The notes below the pieces were generated by a model. It was given only the letters and a program-made list of their open reading frames with translations, had not been told where the DNA came from and searched no databases. The position numbers and the translations under genes were made by a program. From the NCBI RefSeq assembly GCF_009834535.1, contig NC_045697.1:4714001-4778000 (forward strand): a stretch of 64,000 nt of DNA. The letters run 5' to 3'. Below are positions 47,277-61,500 of the stretch, piece after piece. The stretch comes from Camelus ferus. Its lineage: Eukaryota. Within the stretch, counting starts at the first letter, position 1, and each line of letters opens with the position of its first letter.

Positions 47277-50200
47277 GACTGACGTGGAGGGTTATCCCAG
47301 CCATCAGACTTCGGAACAGGCCCGCCTGCCCTACCACGTGCTCACTCACTTGGGATAGAACTCTCGGATGAGATGCCTCCCCGTGCAGGAAATGTCAACC
47401 AGAGACAGAGGCAGACCCTGTAGGTGTCCATCCCTTGTCCTTATGTCTCAGAGAGCAGCTGCTCAAGGATCCCGTTAAAGCTGCAGGTCCTGCATCTCAG
47501 AGGAAGGACATCTTTCCCCCTGGGGATGGCCCCACTGGCCCCAGGCATAGTACGGTGGAGCCTGGAGTCAGCCTTAGCCCCTCTCCTCCACCACGCCTGC
47601 TCCTGTCCCCTGCACATCCCTCCTCTCCGTTTCCTCCTTGTTGGCCCACAGCCATTCCCAGCTCAGGCCAGATCACTTCTGCCCTGGGCTACTGCCTCCC
47701 ACCAGTCTCCCTATGCTCCGGCCCCACCTGGCAGACAGGGGGCTTTTCTGCGGTGCAGTCTTGGCTCTGTCATCCCCTGGTCCAAACCCCGCGGTCACTG
47801 CCTCCAAACCGAGTCTCTGCTCCTGGGCGCAGTGCATGAGGCTTCTTTGGTGGCTCAGTCTCCAGCCTCATCCCACATTCCTCCTTGCTCCTGGCTGCCC
47901 AGCACGCCTGACTCTCAGCTCCACTGGGCCTTTGCACACACAAGGCCTCGCACCTGGAACCCCCTCCCAGCCTCCTCTCACTCCCCTGCCTGGCCAGGTC
48001 CTACTCATCCTTACAGGCTGTGCAGTGTCTTCCCAGACCTTCCCCAGCCCCACAGTCCCCTCCTCCAGGCTCCACGGCTCCTGTGCCTCTGTCTTTAAGG
48101 AGCTAATCATGAGGGACAGTCCCAGGCTGGACTGAGAGCCCTTGAAGGCAGGGGCCGCACCTGAGCCATCCACTAACCTGCCCTGGGCCTCACTGTTTGC
48201 TGAGCCACAGTGGACTGTGTTCTGACAATGTGTGAACAGATCTGGGACAATGCTTCCCCAGTTACAGACAAGAACGCTGAGGTTTATTCTGGAAGGCCAC
48301 CTAACTAGCCCAGGGACAGTGGCTCTGAACCTTCCTCTCTTCCAAGTTAGCCCGGCAGCCGTCAGCGGGCCCGCGACCAGTAGGGGGCACAAGAGGATAA
48401 GCGCTCAGAGCGGGTGTGGGCGGCCAGGGGCCTGGGCACCGGGCGAAGGGGTGAGGGGCGGCGCCTGGCAATCAGAGCAGCCACCTCCCTGGGCAGCACC
48501 GTGAGGCCTCCAGGCTGCGTAGTGACAGTGCACCCTCTGCATTTATATTCAGGGAAGAGGAGTGGAGAGAGGTGAGCAGGGGTGGAGGGACTTGGATGGG
48601 AGGTGACGGGGCATTGCTGGCTCTGAGTGTAGCCAGTCCTCAAGCGTGCCCAGGCTCAAACTTGGCTCCAGACCTGCACAACCCTGGGCACCATGTCCTC
48701 ACCTACACCCAACTTACAGAATGGACGCGAGTATTAAATAAGTTAAAATATGCGAAACACTTAAAATAGCAGCCAGAAGATGGTAAGCGCTCTTGAATGC
48801 AAGCTGTTGTCATAATTATCCGCAGCAGGTCCCCACACCTCTCCTGCCATCTGCTTTCTCTTGAACATCCCTAGAGACGGACTCTGATGACGTCTGGGGC
48901 CCTTTCCAGGGCTCCTGCGGTTCTGATACTCAGCAATACCACGTGATGCAGTCCAGGTCCAGCTGCTGAGAATTTAAATTCTTCTGGGGTTCATCAACAA
49001 CATATTCCGACATAAAGAAGCTACATTTTTTTCTTCAGTTCATGGGATGCAGGCAGAGCTAACTCCTCCCTCGACTGTGTAAATAAATACAGGCTGTTGC
49101 CCTTTCCACACAGCATTACAATGACTTGTTAATGTCTATTTTGCTGCTGACACATGGCCTGCCAGAGTCTAATCACTAACATACTGAGCGTCCCCTGTGC
49201 CAGGATCTGTCCTAAAGGCCGTACATGTTGTCTACTTTCTAACACTCTCAGAGCTGATGTTATTCTGATTCCCATTTTAGAGACGATGCAACTGAGTTAC
49301 AGAGAGGTTACGTAACCTGCCCAAGGTCACACAGCTAATAAGAGGTAAGACTATAGCATGAGCTCAGGTTTCTAGCTGGAGCCTGCAACATTGTTTCGCT
49401 AACAGAATGTGGCACAGAGTAGGTGCTCATTAAATGCTGACTGAAGAAAGGGCATACCGAAAACCTGGATCATCCTTTCCCTTCTTCCTCTTTGGAAGTG
49501 ACTGACTAATACTGTGGCCAGTGTCAGCTAAGGTTACATTTTTTTCCTGCATCAATATCTTGCTGATGGAGCAATAATAAATACCTAGGAAAAAAGAATC
49601 AAAGGAAAAAAGTCTTTCTCCTTTGATGAGCATTAATATCTGCAGCCTTATCAAATTAAAATCCAATTTAAAGGGGCTTGGGTGGCAAACAAGGAAGTGT
49701 GGGGGGCAGGCTGAGTGATGTCATTAGACAGCACGGAGGTCCTAGATGAGTCACTTAGCTGGCTCCTCTGCTCACAGGGAGGGAGATATCAGCAGTGCTT
49801 GTCTTTCAGCAGTGCCGAGTAGGGTACACGATTCTGCATTTCAAACCAGCTCTTGGGTGATGCTGATGCCACGAGTCTGCAGACCACATTTGGAGGACCA
49901 GAGCAGTCTGTGTAGAAGCAGTAGGGATCCGCTCAGCTCAGCAGGGCCTTCTCCTCAGGTCTGAGATGCTGAGGCTCTGAGGTAAGGCCCCTGCAAGTTT
50001 GTGAGACAGGTATAACTTGGGTGGATGCACGGGTCTGAAATATAATCCATGAGTCCTCGAGGTCAGAAGAGGACACGGGTGCGTAGTGCCCTGGGCTTTG
50101 CATACAGCAGGGAGAAACCATGGCTGATCCCCACGGTGACTAGGGTGTGGCAGGTCACCAAGCACTTCCCCAGCACTGCCTGTGGCAACTCCTGAAATCA

Positions 50201-50309
50201 ATTTTTATAAATAGAGTAACTGAAGCTCAGAGGGGTGAAGTAACCTGTTTGAGATCACACAGCTCCAAGTGGCTCAGCCGAGTTTCAAAGTTGGATTTGG
50301 ATTTGTGGA

Positions 50310-50672
50310 TTCCTGTGCGCCAGGGCCTTGTACACCCAGCTATACATCAGAATCGTTTGGGGAGTTTTGAAAACAGCAGCGCCAGGGCCTCCACTGCAGA
50401 CCAGGCAGACCGGGTCCCTGTGCGGGAGGCCCCAGGCGCAGCACAGGCACAGTTTCAAGCTCCCAGGTGACTCACGGGGCAGTCAGGAGACAACCGAAGT
50501 TCCATGGCTGTCAACCATGACTGCTCAGTGTGGTCGCCTGGAACCTTAAAAAGCCCAGACTTGATTAAGTCAGACTCTCTGGGGTGGTGGCTCATCTTGG
50601 ACCCAAGCATCAGTACTTCTGCAGCCTCTTCAGGTAACTTCAATGTGCAGCCAGGATTGGAAACCAAGGCTC
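50310..50672. mobile_element. MER5-like hAT fossils (two adjacent)
   Basis: CATCAGAATCGTTTGGGGAG...AAGCTCCCAGGTGACTC and CAGGTAACTTCAATGTGCAGCCAGGATTGGAAACCA. Confidence 0.55.
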
Positions 50673-50907
50673 TAGGCCGTAATAACATGGAGCTGGCCAG
50701 CATCTCCATTAACAGGAGGGAGGGATGGATGGATGGATGGACGGACAGCTGCACAGATGGATGGACTCACTGCTTTTCTCTGGCTTCTATATCCTCATCT
50801 ACAACATGCAGGTGTTCAACCTAATGGTCCCTACAGCACGTCAAGCTTCCAGAATCCACATCCCTACTTTGAATATCACGTTCCCTCCCCGCCCCCTCCA
50901 GCGTTAC

Positions 50908-51066
50908 CAGAGCCTGCAAATCCTGGGAGTCACGCAAGAGCCCTTCGGCTGCAATCATTCTTTCTGTCAGAGTCGTCAGGAGCTGTCGGGCTTTGGTGCT
51001 GGAACACTTCAATTGGTCCACAAGAAAGTGCTGGATGTTTTCCATCTGTTTCCAGAAAGCTTCCAT
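50908..51066 (-). CDS. EVC: EVC coding exon (exon 8)
   Basis: 159 nt. [53 protein letters not shown]; donor gtaac. Confidence 0.96.
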
Positions 51067-52097
51067 CTGTGAAATGACAAACAAGAGGTGGGGTGGGGGT
51101 GGGGGAAACTTACTTAAGAAAGCTACAAAGCTGCGCGGTTCAGCTTGGGAACTACTATTCACGCCTTATCACACACCGAGATTCTAAACAACTCTCCACC
51201 TCGAGCCCGTTTATCTCAGCAATAATCGCGTTCTCCTGAGGTTCCTCCCAGTCCCACTGTGGGTGCCTGTCGGTTTCGAGGTGGCTTTTCAGCCAGCACC
51301 AGTGCGCTGCTGATAAGGAAGGAAAAGCACAATGAGATCATTCAGCTTACACAGCTTAAAGTCTCTTAAACAGGCCGTTACTGCTGCCTGGAGGGGTGCA
51401 GGAAACTCAACAGTGTGCTCCTGGAAGCTTCCAGATCTTTGAAAAAGATTAAATGCATCTTGGCAATACAAGCAGCAATGGCCATTTAAGTATTAGTTAT
51501 TGTCCTAAAAGTACAAAAGGGCATCATGGCAGAGATGAGGATGACCATGAAAACATTTTGCTTTAAAATCTTTCCCCTTTCTGCCCCGTCTTCTCAGGAG
51601 CAGAGTAGGGAATCACCAAGGGGTTGAGCAGGTTGGGGCTGTGTTTTTGTCACTGCAGCCTCTCAGAGCTCTGGAGAATAACGATGCCGAAGTCATAACA
51701 ACTTTCCTTTATGTGTGTAGTTTATATGCCAAGCTCTGTGCTCCACACATTTTATTTCTAGATAAAATATCTATCAGAGCTGTCTCCGTTATTGCAGGTC
51801 ACCAATACTTTAGAGAATCTTATGAGAACAATGAATCCTGTGCCTGAAAGATGCAGACACAGACAAGATGCGCCACTGCTTTAGGGAGTCCCTGGACCAC
51901 TGGACTCCCGGGTGAGCATCCGCCCTTAGTCATCTCATCCTAAGAATATCCTCGCTCTCCGCTGACCTACCTGAGCTCCGTGAGACTCCATCTCCAGGCA
52001 TCTCTAACTCAAGCCAGAACACACCGTCTCCCCTCCTAACTTGTTCTCATTCTGGGGTCCTTATTTCTGTAGAACTGATCCTCTACACCCTCTTCTT

Positions 52098-52804
52098 TTT
52101 TTTTCCATTTTCAAAAATTGAAGTATAGTCAGTTTACAATGTTGTGTCAATTCCTGGTGCACAGAGTAATGTTTCAATCATACATATACACATTCCCTTT
52201 CATATTCTTTTCATTACAGGTGACTACAAGATATTGAATATAGTTCCCTGTGCTATACAGTAGAAACGTATTGTTTATCTATTTTACATACAGTAGTGTG
52301 TATCTGCAAATCTCAAACTCCCAATTTACCCCTTCCCACTACCTTTTCCCCCATAAATTTGTTTTCTATGTCTGTGAATCTGTTTCTGTTTTGTAAATAA
52401 GTTCATTTGTGTCCTTTCTTTGAGTCCATATATGAGTGACATCATATGGAATTTTTCTTTCTATTTTTGGCTTACTTCACTTAGAATGACAATCTCCAGG
52501 TCCATCTGTGTTGTTGCCAATGGCATTATTTGATTCTTTTCTATGCCTGAATGGTATTCCATTATATATATTTATTTATATATATATAAATATATATACA
52601 CACATATATATGTACATACACATACATATACACACATACACACATATATATATATATACACATCTCATATCTTTATCCAGTCATCTGTTCACGGACATTT
52701 AGGTTGCTTCCAGGTCTTGGCTATTGTAAATTGTGCTGCTATGAACACCAGGATGCATGTATTTTTTTGAATTAGAATTTCCTCCAGGTAGATGCTCAGG
52801 AGTG
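52098..52804 (-). mobile_element. 5'-truncated artiodactyl-type L1 with TSD
   Basis: TTGAAGTATAGTCAGTTTACAATGTTGTG...GGACATTTAGGTTGCTTCCAGGTCTTGGCTATTGTAAAT; TSD CACCCTCTTCTT at 52086-52097 and 52805-52816; internal (TA/CA)n. Confidence 0.85.
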
Positions 52805-53852
52805 CACCCTCTTCTTCCCACCACCACCTCCCCATCCACCACCCTATCAGCGCTCCCATTTTTTCTTATCTCCCCATCCCTATTATAGCAATTGCCTTCA
52901 TGAAATTCCCACCGAACTAGCACAAAATCTCCTAACAATGCTCCACACAGCAGCCTGGGCAGTTCTTCTAAAACAGAACGAGGCCAAGCCATCCTCTGCT
53001 GCTTCAGTGGCTCTCGTCTCCCTGGCATGAGATGAAAACCCTCCAGGAAGACCTCTGGCTTTACTTGCTCTGCCTGCGTCCCAGCCCTGGCTCCCTTCTC
53101 TGCCCACCTACCGGCCAACATCCATGCACACTTCTCTCCAAAAGCCTCTTGATGTTTCTATTTCCAAGAAGACTTTTGTAACCCTGGGGTAAAATGAATT
53201 CCTCTCTCCACTGTGCCTCAGTCTTCCCACATTTTCCTCTGTCACGGCACTTGTAACCTACAATGTCCTCAACTGCTCACCTGTTGGTCCCCCCACCTGC
53301 CTGGCCTGAGCATCTTCCCTGAAGAGCCAGGTCTAAGTTCATTTGGAATCCCCAGTTCCCAGTCCAACACCCGGCTGCCAAGAAAATATTTGTTTAATTC
53401 GTAACATATGAACAGGGGGGCAGCAGAACCCCAAAGCAAAATAGAGAATTGGAGGGAAGCCATCCTCTCTGGAATTTAAAACATGCTTTTATGAGTGATG
53501 CCTGGAGTTTGAGAAGTTAGCAGCTAGCAGCTGCTCTAACCCGCAGGGTGGTAATGACACAGAAGGTTAGAGCAATCTTTGCTTTGAATGATAAAAAGAT
53601 CAATCTAAAATTTAAGCAAGGAGAATTCATTAAAAAAAAAAAAAAAAAGACTCCTTCCGTAAATCTTGGCCCCTTAATTACACCTTCTCTATAGCTTAAC
53701 TTCAGAAACCGGATCCCTGGCTCCAGGGCAGAACGTGACAGGCAGGGAATTCGAGTATTAAACATGCTTCTAGGTAGCATCTCTTTAATCTCACCAAATG
53801 AACTGTCCCAGAAACCACGGTTTTCATGCAGAAAAGAAAATCCATCACATAC

Positions 53853-53990
53853 GTTATCTATTAGCTGCTCAGAATATTCCCGCTCTTTCTTTTCCACGTC
53901 TGCCAGGGTGATGTATTCTGAGTCACCAGCCCCCAGCATCTCAGTGTTTGAGAGTCTGACTTGAAGTCTCTTTTCCAATTCTTCCAAGTC
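53853..53990 (-). CDS. EVC: EVC coding exon (exon 7)
   Basis: 138 nt. [46 protein letters not shown]; donor gtatg. Confidence 0.96.
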
Positions 53991-55649
53991 CTGGAGAAAA
54001 AAAGAAAAAAGCAAATAAAAAAAAAATCTAATTGTATCTTAAATTTTAGAAAAGAGATGTTTTTATTTTCCCCACTTTATCGTAAAATATTTCTTAACTG
54101 TAATGAAATGCTTTGGGTGTTATCCTACTGAAGGTTTGATGATAGAAATTGATTTTTTTCTCATTAAACACAGAGCCTCAGAATAATGGATCATGTATTT
54201 CCTTATATATTCTTCTTTTCCCCTACTCCCCCCAAATAGGCCATACTTTAAAAACAATGAAATAGTATTTTCCAATCTTTATGAAGTTTGGGAAAATGTC
54301 ATGACACCTGGGGTGTTGGGACGGAATGTTTCTTCCCCACTCCTCTGGTTTCTATGGGGAAGGATTACCTGGTACACCCCAGGGAGGAAGTGATATGTAT
54401 TTGATTGGCGGTTCAAAAGCAGGAAGTGAGCACAGCCCCTAGCTTGCCCAGCTTCCTCCTCCCTGGGATGGACCATTCAGGGGAAGCCATTGCTCTGCTG
54501 TGGCCTCAGCCCAAAGGGAGCTGGACAGCAAAGGTCCTGCTTCTGTGTGGGGAGGCCTGAGGTGGCTCAGCTTTGCCAGTAAGTGATTTGGCTAATCCTA
54601 GGACTCAGTATTAGGAAGCCATGACTGCTATGCATCTAAGCCACCTCCTCTAGGCTGGCCCCTCCCAGTAATAAAGCTGACATTTCTCTGTCTCCCCAGC
54701 CCTTTCTCTTCATTAATTCAGAATGTGGAAGGAAGAGGGGAACCCTATGTAGGGAGTCCCACAAACCCCAACATGGAGTGTGGGTGGCAGTTCTGTTTTC
54801 TCTAGAACTGTGTGCACTGACATGTAATCATCACCGGTGTGGGTCCAGGTTCATTAGGAAAAATAACATCGATAAGAAGTGCTATTGATTATCCAAGCCA
54901 AGGCCATCTGTGACTTCTAGTTCTCACAGCATCTCTACAAAAGAGAAATGTTTCTTTTCCAGATGAGGAACCTCATTACAGGAAGCTGAGACATTTTGTC
55001 CAGAGTCTCCCAGCAGGAAGTGGTGTGCTGGGCTGGGCTTGTCCCTGAGGCCACTGCTCCAGAGCCCCGCTCTTCTAACTGCAGGAATCATGGTGCTTCT
55101 CTCCAAAGCAGCTACCCTTTCTGAGCACTTCTCATCCTCTTCTAGAAGTTTTGAGGCTGTTGTGAGCATTAAATGAAAGTGCGCATTTAAAGTACTTGCC
55201 CAGACTAAGTCCAATGAATAGTAGCCACTTCCGTTAATTAAGATGCTCTGTAAGTGGTAGCAGTGGGATTTGATTCCAGGCCTACAAACACCGAAGTGCT
55301 TATTCTTTCCATAAGACATATAACACTGTTTCTTACTAGTATAATTATGAGTGTCACAACCATTATCATTATTTTTGTCATTGGAGAGTCATTTAAACTC
55401 GTTGTGCCTCCATTTCCTCAGCTGTAAACAGAAACAATTATGACCACTCGCAGGGCTGTTGTGAAGATTAAATGAAATAATGCACTGTGTGCATTGCCTG
55501 AGGATGGTAATCATGGTGGTGGTGACACCGAGAATGATGAGAACGATGATGATGGAGAAGATGTAGCACCTTCTCCTTGGGATGGAGTGATTAATCCTCT
55601 CCCATGGAATAGAGGAGTGAGGAAGCATTCCCTCCCAATCCCCCAAACC

Positions 55650-56160
55650 TCATAGTGATGGTGACAAGGATGATACCAGTGACTATGATGAAGATTTCAG
55701 TGGTGGCAGCAATGAGGAGGATGAGGATGACATAAGAAGGAAGATGAAGGTAGTGGTGGCAGTAGTGAGGGTGATGAGGAGGATGGTGGAAGTGGTGATG
55801 GTGGTGGTAACGAAGATGATGATGACAATATGGAGACGAGGATGATGGTGGCGATGGTAGTAACAAGAACGATGGCATCAATGATGGTGGCCATGATGAA
55901 AATGATAGTTGTGGTGGTGGTGATGAGGAGGAGGATGGAGATGGTGGTGGTAATGAGGATGATGAGAATCATGACAAAGAGAATATAATGGTGGTGATGG
56001 TAATAATAAGAATGATGATGACAATGATGACAATAATAAAGATGGTGATGGTGACAATGATAGTGGTGGTGATTGTGTTGTTAATAAAATGATAATAATG
56101 GCGATGATAATGATGATGATGAAGATAATGGTTGTGGTAGTGATGGTAATGGGGATGATC
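55650..56160. repeat. Degenerate (GAT/GGT/GAG/AAT)n low-complexity tract
   Basis: Directly visible; source of His-, Ile- and Ser-rich spurious ORFs. Confidence 0.9.
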
Positions 56161-56579
56161 ACAGCTTTCATGTAACCGTTGGGGTCTAACTGTTACTTTG
56201 CTAGGTGCCTCATATGCATTTTTCTTATCATTTCTGTAATCCTGCAGGACAGGAATTACCATCCCACTGCACAAAGACCCCAGGATTCTAAGAGTTTGTG
56301 AAAGACAGAACCAGGGTATCAAACTCCACCACTCTGACTCATAAAATAAAATAAAGTTTGTATAAAAGATTGAAAAGAGAAGTATGCAAACTAGCATAAG
56401 GAGTTATAACCAATAAACAAATTGCACATTTAAAAATACCCCAAACTTGTACAGACAATAACATCAATAGCGGTTCTCTTAGAGGAGTGGATACGAGCCA
56501 ACATTCTCTTTTTTTCTATTTCCAATGTTTTTCCACATTTTAATAATACATTGTTATTTTTGAACTTGTACATACTTTT

Positions 56580-56763
56580 ATTTATTTATTTTTAAGCATT
56601 GCTTTTTTAAGGTTTTTTTTTTTTTTTTGAGTGGGAAGTAATTAGGTTTATTTATTTATTTATTTGTTTGTTTGTTTGTTTTTTAATGGAGGTGCTGGGG
56701 ACTGAACCCAGGACCTCGTGCCTGCTAAGCATGCGCTCTACCACTGAGCTACACCCTCCCTCC
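56580..56763 (-). mobile_element. tRNA-derived SINE (vic-1-like)
   Basis: Same head and tail; flanked by GTACATA direct repeats (56568 and 56765). Confidence 0.85.
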
Positions 56764-56905
56764 AGTACATATATTTTTATATATCATTATTTTGTATTGA
56801 AAACTGTATATTGTAATAAGCTTTTAGTACATAAAATCCAAAATACTTTTTATATCATAATATTATGTTTTATGTATTTTAATAAACTATTTTTAAGTTA
56901 CCTCA

Positions 56906-57025
<120 letters not shown>

Positions 57026-57529
57026 CTATTGCCAAAAAAGAAAACAACAAAGAGAAAGATATAAACAATGGTATCTTCCTCCCTCCCTCCCTCTTCTTCC
57101 TCCTCCCTCCTTACCTGTCCACACACACACACTCACAAATACACACATACACACAAATACACACACACAAACTTTTTGTCTTGGAAAAGACCTCAGATTA
57201 AAAATCATGACAATGGCCTATAATAGACTGCATTTTCTTAACCTTCCAAAGAAAAACACTTCATTTCTTCTTTGTTCATTTATTCAGCAAAAATTCATGA
57301 GGTGCCTACTCTGAGGGAGGTCCCCCTACGTTCTCCATTTTTATGTGAGTCAAGGACACAGACAAGGCAAAGGTGGGAGTGCTTCTTTGTGGAAAAAAAT
57401 CAGAGGGACAGTTGTATGGAACCGGGACGTGTAAAGTCATCCACCCCAGGCCTCTGTCTCCATAGACAGACATGTCCTCTAAACCGCTCCGTGAGCAGGG
57501 ACACCCCGGCAAGTCCAAGCGTGCCAACT

Positions 57530-58170
57530 CCATAATTTGTTTAACCATTTACCTCCTGCAGGATGTCTGAATATCTTCAGTTTCAGGCTATTACAAACAA
57601 AGCTGCTATAAACTTTGATGTACAGGGCTTTTATTTTTTAATTCTTATTTTTTTATTGAAGTGTTGTCGACTTACAGTACATACAGGTTTTTGAGTGAAC
57701 ACGTTTCTCTGGGATGAATGCCCAAGAGCCCACTCACTGGATCTTCTGGCAATGGCATGTTTAGTTTTATGAGAAACTGCTGAACTGTGTTCCAAAGGCA
57801 TTTTACATTCCCACCAGCAATGTCTGAGTGACCCAGTTTCATCACATCTTCACCAGCATTTGGTGGTGTTGCCATTTTTATTTTAGTCATTCTGACAGGT
57901 GTGTGGTCCTACCTCTCTGTGGTTCTGATTTGCATTTCCCTAATGGTTTAATGGTCTTGAACATCTTTTTATGTGCTTTTGTGTGTGTTTGCTTGCTGAC
58001 AATACATTTCTTTTTGATGAAATATCTGTTCATGTCTTTTGCTCATTCTCCAACAGCATTGTTTACTCTTTTCTATTGAGGTTTGAGAGTTTCTTATATG
58101 CTCTAGGTACTAATTCTTTCTTACACTGTGGTTTGCAAAATATTGCCTCAGTCTTTTCCTTCTGCCCCTG
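57530..58170 (-). mobile_element. Old L1 ORF2/3' fragment
   Basis: TTTTACATTCCCACCAGCAATG...TTTGCATTTCCCTAATG motifs. Confidence 0.7.
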
Positions 58171-58189
58171 TGCTAAGACATTTTTAATG

Positions 58190-58373
58190 CAGAGGTTAGC
58201 AAAAGGTTTTTGCTGAAAATGTCCACATAGTAAATATTTTTGGGTTTGCTGGCCACACTATCTCTTTTGCAACTACTGAATTCTGCTGTTACAGCAGGAA
58301 GGCAGCCATGGGCGATAAGTTAAAAAGACAGGCGTGGCTGGATTGGCCCAAGGGTCATGGTTTGTGACCCTTG
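58190..58373. mobile_element. MER58A-like hAT fossil
   Basis: CAGAGGTTAGCAAA...ATAGTAAATATTTT...GCAACTACTGAATTCTGCTGTT...GGTTTGTGACCCTTG. Confidence 0.7.
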
Positions 58374-61300
58374 TTTTAAGGTCTGATAAACACTCTTCAG
58401 TGCCAGACTAACATATATATTATCTCAGATGATCATTATAGCACGCGGGAGGTTGGTACAACCTCTCCCATTCTACAGCTAAGGAGCTCTCAGCCGAGAA
58501 ATCTGGACAAATGGCCTCATGTCACAAGGGACATCCATGAGGAACAGAACCCTTCACCAGACATCAGCATGCTTGCCAACACTAACGAGCTCTAAGAAGA
58601 CAAACGTCGTTTTGGCCTTCTATCCATTGACGTCTAAAGCTAGTGAAAGTGACATTGTTTTCTCAAGATGTTAGTCTCAAATCCATTTTCCTTCTGACCC
58701 TAAATGGAATTGGTAATGTTTACAAGTCTTGTTACATTCCTGTCCACTTTTAAAACTTTTAAATTTGGAATAATTACGGACTTACAGGAAGGGGCAAATC
58801 ATACAGAGTTCTATGTGCTTTGCCCCCAGGGCTGATACCTCACATCACTGGGGCTCAGTACCAAACCTGGAAACTGACATAGGTCCAATACAGTGCACTG
58901 CGGACCTTACTCAGTTTTCACTCATTTTATATGTCATTTGTGTTTACATGTGCGTGTGGTTCTGTGCAATTTTCCCCTGCCACAGATTCATGGAACGATG
59001 GCCACAATCAAGATAGAGAATCTTCCAGCACCACGAGAAACCCCCTAGTCCTAATGCTCCTCTTATGTTAGCCTCCCCCAGAATCCCCTCCTCTGTTCTC
59101 ATCTCTGCTCTTCTGCTTTAAAGGTTACAACTGTGGCTTCTCTCCATGTCCTAGACAAGTCCAGCACTGGTGCCGTCTTTCTCAAGAGCCACCAGTGAGC
59201 TCTAAGCTTCTGGGCTGCTTGATGGTCACATCTGGTCTGAGTCACTTCTGAACCCTGACCTGTGATGACGGACCTCTACCAGAGAAACAAAATGTGAAGT
59301 CTTTTGTGTCACGTGGCTCCCACCTGCTCCCCGAGTTTCTATAGACCCTGCACGCAACAAAGCCATGCTCTGCAGTGAATGAAAGGCCACGCTTAGAAAG
59401 CAGCTCTCCCAGGACAGGGCCGCCGTCAGCCAGACCCATTTCTACAGAGCACTGTTCTGGGCTCTGAGGATACACAGAACTTGCACTCAGACAAACCTCA
59501 TTTGGGTTCTGCCATTTACCAGCTGTGTGACCTTGGGCAACTGACTTGACCTCTCTGAGCCTCAGGTTCCTCATGAGTGAAACAGCAGTGAGGGTTTCAT
59601 GAGATCCGACATTTAAAGCAGAGTATCTGTGCTTAATAAATGGTGTCATGGTGATGCTGGTCACATAGCCCAACAGAGCCCAGAGCTCTGCCCACAGAGA
59701 TCTTTCAGAGAGGGACAACTTAACTTCCTAGTAGTTCTATGGAGTGAGTGTTAGAAGTGTATTATTTTCACACCTTTCCTAAAGTGGCTCAGAGAGGGGA
59801 AGTAACTTATGCAAAGTCACACAGCTCATAGGTGTCAGAGGTTTCTGACTCCTAATCTGGTGCTCCTGGAACTTTCCTAGGTTCCAGTTTAAGTGTCTCC
59901 CTCCAGGGAAGTGCTTCCACCTCCCTGAAGCCTCCCTCACTCAGGTCCTCTCTTACACACCCTCACAGTGCTCCATCGCTTGCTGTGTCGTACATTCTGC
60001 CTCTGTGCATTCTGGGCTGTCTGCTGACTGCCATCTCTCCCCTGGGCAGTGGGCTCCATAAAGGCATGGTTGTTCCCGGTACTATGTCCAGCAGGGCGGG
60101 GAGGCTGCCCACAGGGAAGATGGGCAGATGAGTGACGATGAATGCTCTCTCCACGACAGCAGGCTGCTTCTCTGTGGGCACTGACTGGCTGCTCCGGGGG
60201 CAAGGCCAGCCAGGACCACATCACTCGTTAGGTGGATGGGGCTCTGAGCACAGAAACAATCACCCTCCAGGGAGCAGAGCCTTTGAGGAAATGGCCAGGG
60301 CCACCTGCCCCCAAGCAGGACAGGTGTGGCGGAATGAAAGCAGGCTGTGGCTGCAGGTGGGCTGCTGCCTCACGTCCCTGGCCCTCTGCAGGGGCGGGGT
60401 CCAGGGGGCTGCAGGAACAGGCTCTATTTCTGGAATCCTAGGATGATTTATGGTTTCAGATACTGGCACCTGTTTATGAGGCCCATTCTGCTCACACAGA
60501 GCAAAATAACCTTCTGCTGCATCCTCAATTTAACATTCTTTTATTTCTCTGGTTTATAACAAAGCCCCTGTGGGATATCTGTCTGCGTCTGCTCCTACCC
60601 CGCTGTCACTCTTTTCATCTGCCCCTTCCCATTCTCTTCCCAACAGGCCTTCTCTCTCCTCCCTTCTCCCTGTAGGTCCCCTCCCTCACTAGAGGATGTG
60701 TCTCAGGGAGAAGTACTTCCTCTTTTTTAACCCCAGTGGTCTTGATGGCTGGCTAACTCCACAGGGTCCTGTAGCAACCGTGGGACTCACCCCCCTGACT
60801 TCCTGGGTCTTGGATCCAGCGTTGATTCCCTCAGAGACCATGTGCCTCCGGCAGAGACCAAACTTGTTTCCCGCTGTCCTTGGTCCTGATTCCTCCTTCA
60901 CTCACTTAGAGAACCCACGCCCATAAAAAGGTGCTCAACTTCCCGTCTCAGGTCCAACTTAGAGCTTTGTGACTTGGGGCCAGTCTGCCTCTCTGTGCCT
61001 CAGTTTCCCCATCTGTAAAGTGAAGATAATAAGGGCCCCCACGTGGCTGGGTTGTGTGAAGTTTAAAATGCCCACCTGTGTCAACACCTTCAGTGCCCAG
61101 TACGTAGTAGGCACTCAATAAAGTTCGTGCTCATAGATATGATTCTCACTATTATCATTCCTCCAAAAATACCAGCAGGTGCTCAGCTTTTTGCTTAACC
61201 CCCACGGCTCTGGGCATAAATAAGCATTGATTAATACTTATGCTGCACCCTGTCTACGGGCAGGAATCCCTCTTCCATTCTGTGGTCTGATGCCTAATGC

Positions 61301-61415
61301 CGCTCTACTTTCCTCTTGTGGCGGCTCCGTTGTCACTGATACCCGTTTCCCCAGGGTCTCTGGAACCCCGTGCACACGGAGAGCCTGACCCTCAGGTCCT
61401 GACCTCTCCACCTAC

Positions 61416-61500
61416 CAGGTGCTTCTCCTGCCTCAGCGCTGCGTCCAGATGCAGTAGATCTTTCAAGTGAAGGTTGTAGATGCACAAGTCAAGGTCCACA
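61416..61500 (-). CDS. EVC: EVC coding exon (exon 5)
   Basis: 85 nt, AG/GT. (S)[28 protein letters not shown]; absent from the ORF track. Confidence 0.95.

Noticed and set aside
55591..56397. Poly-His, poly-Ile and Ser/Pro ORFs
   Set aside because: Frames of a degenerate trinucleotide tract.
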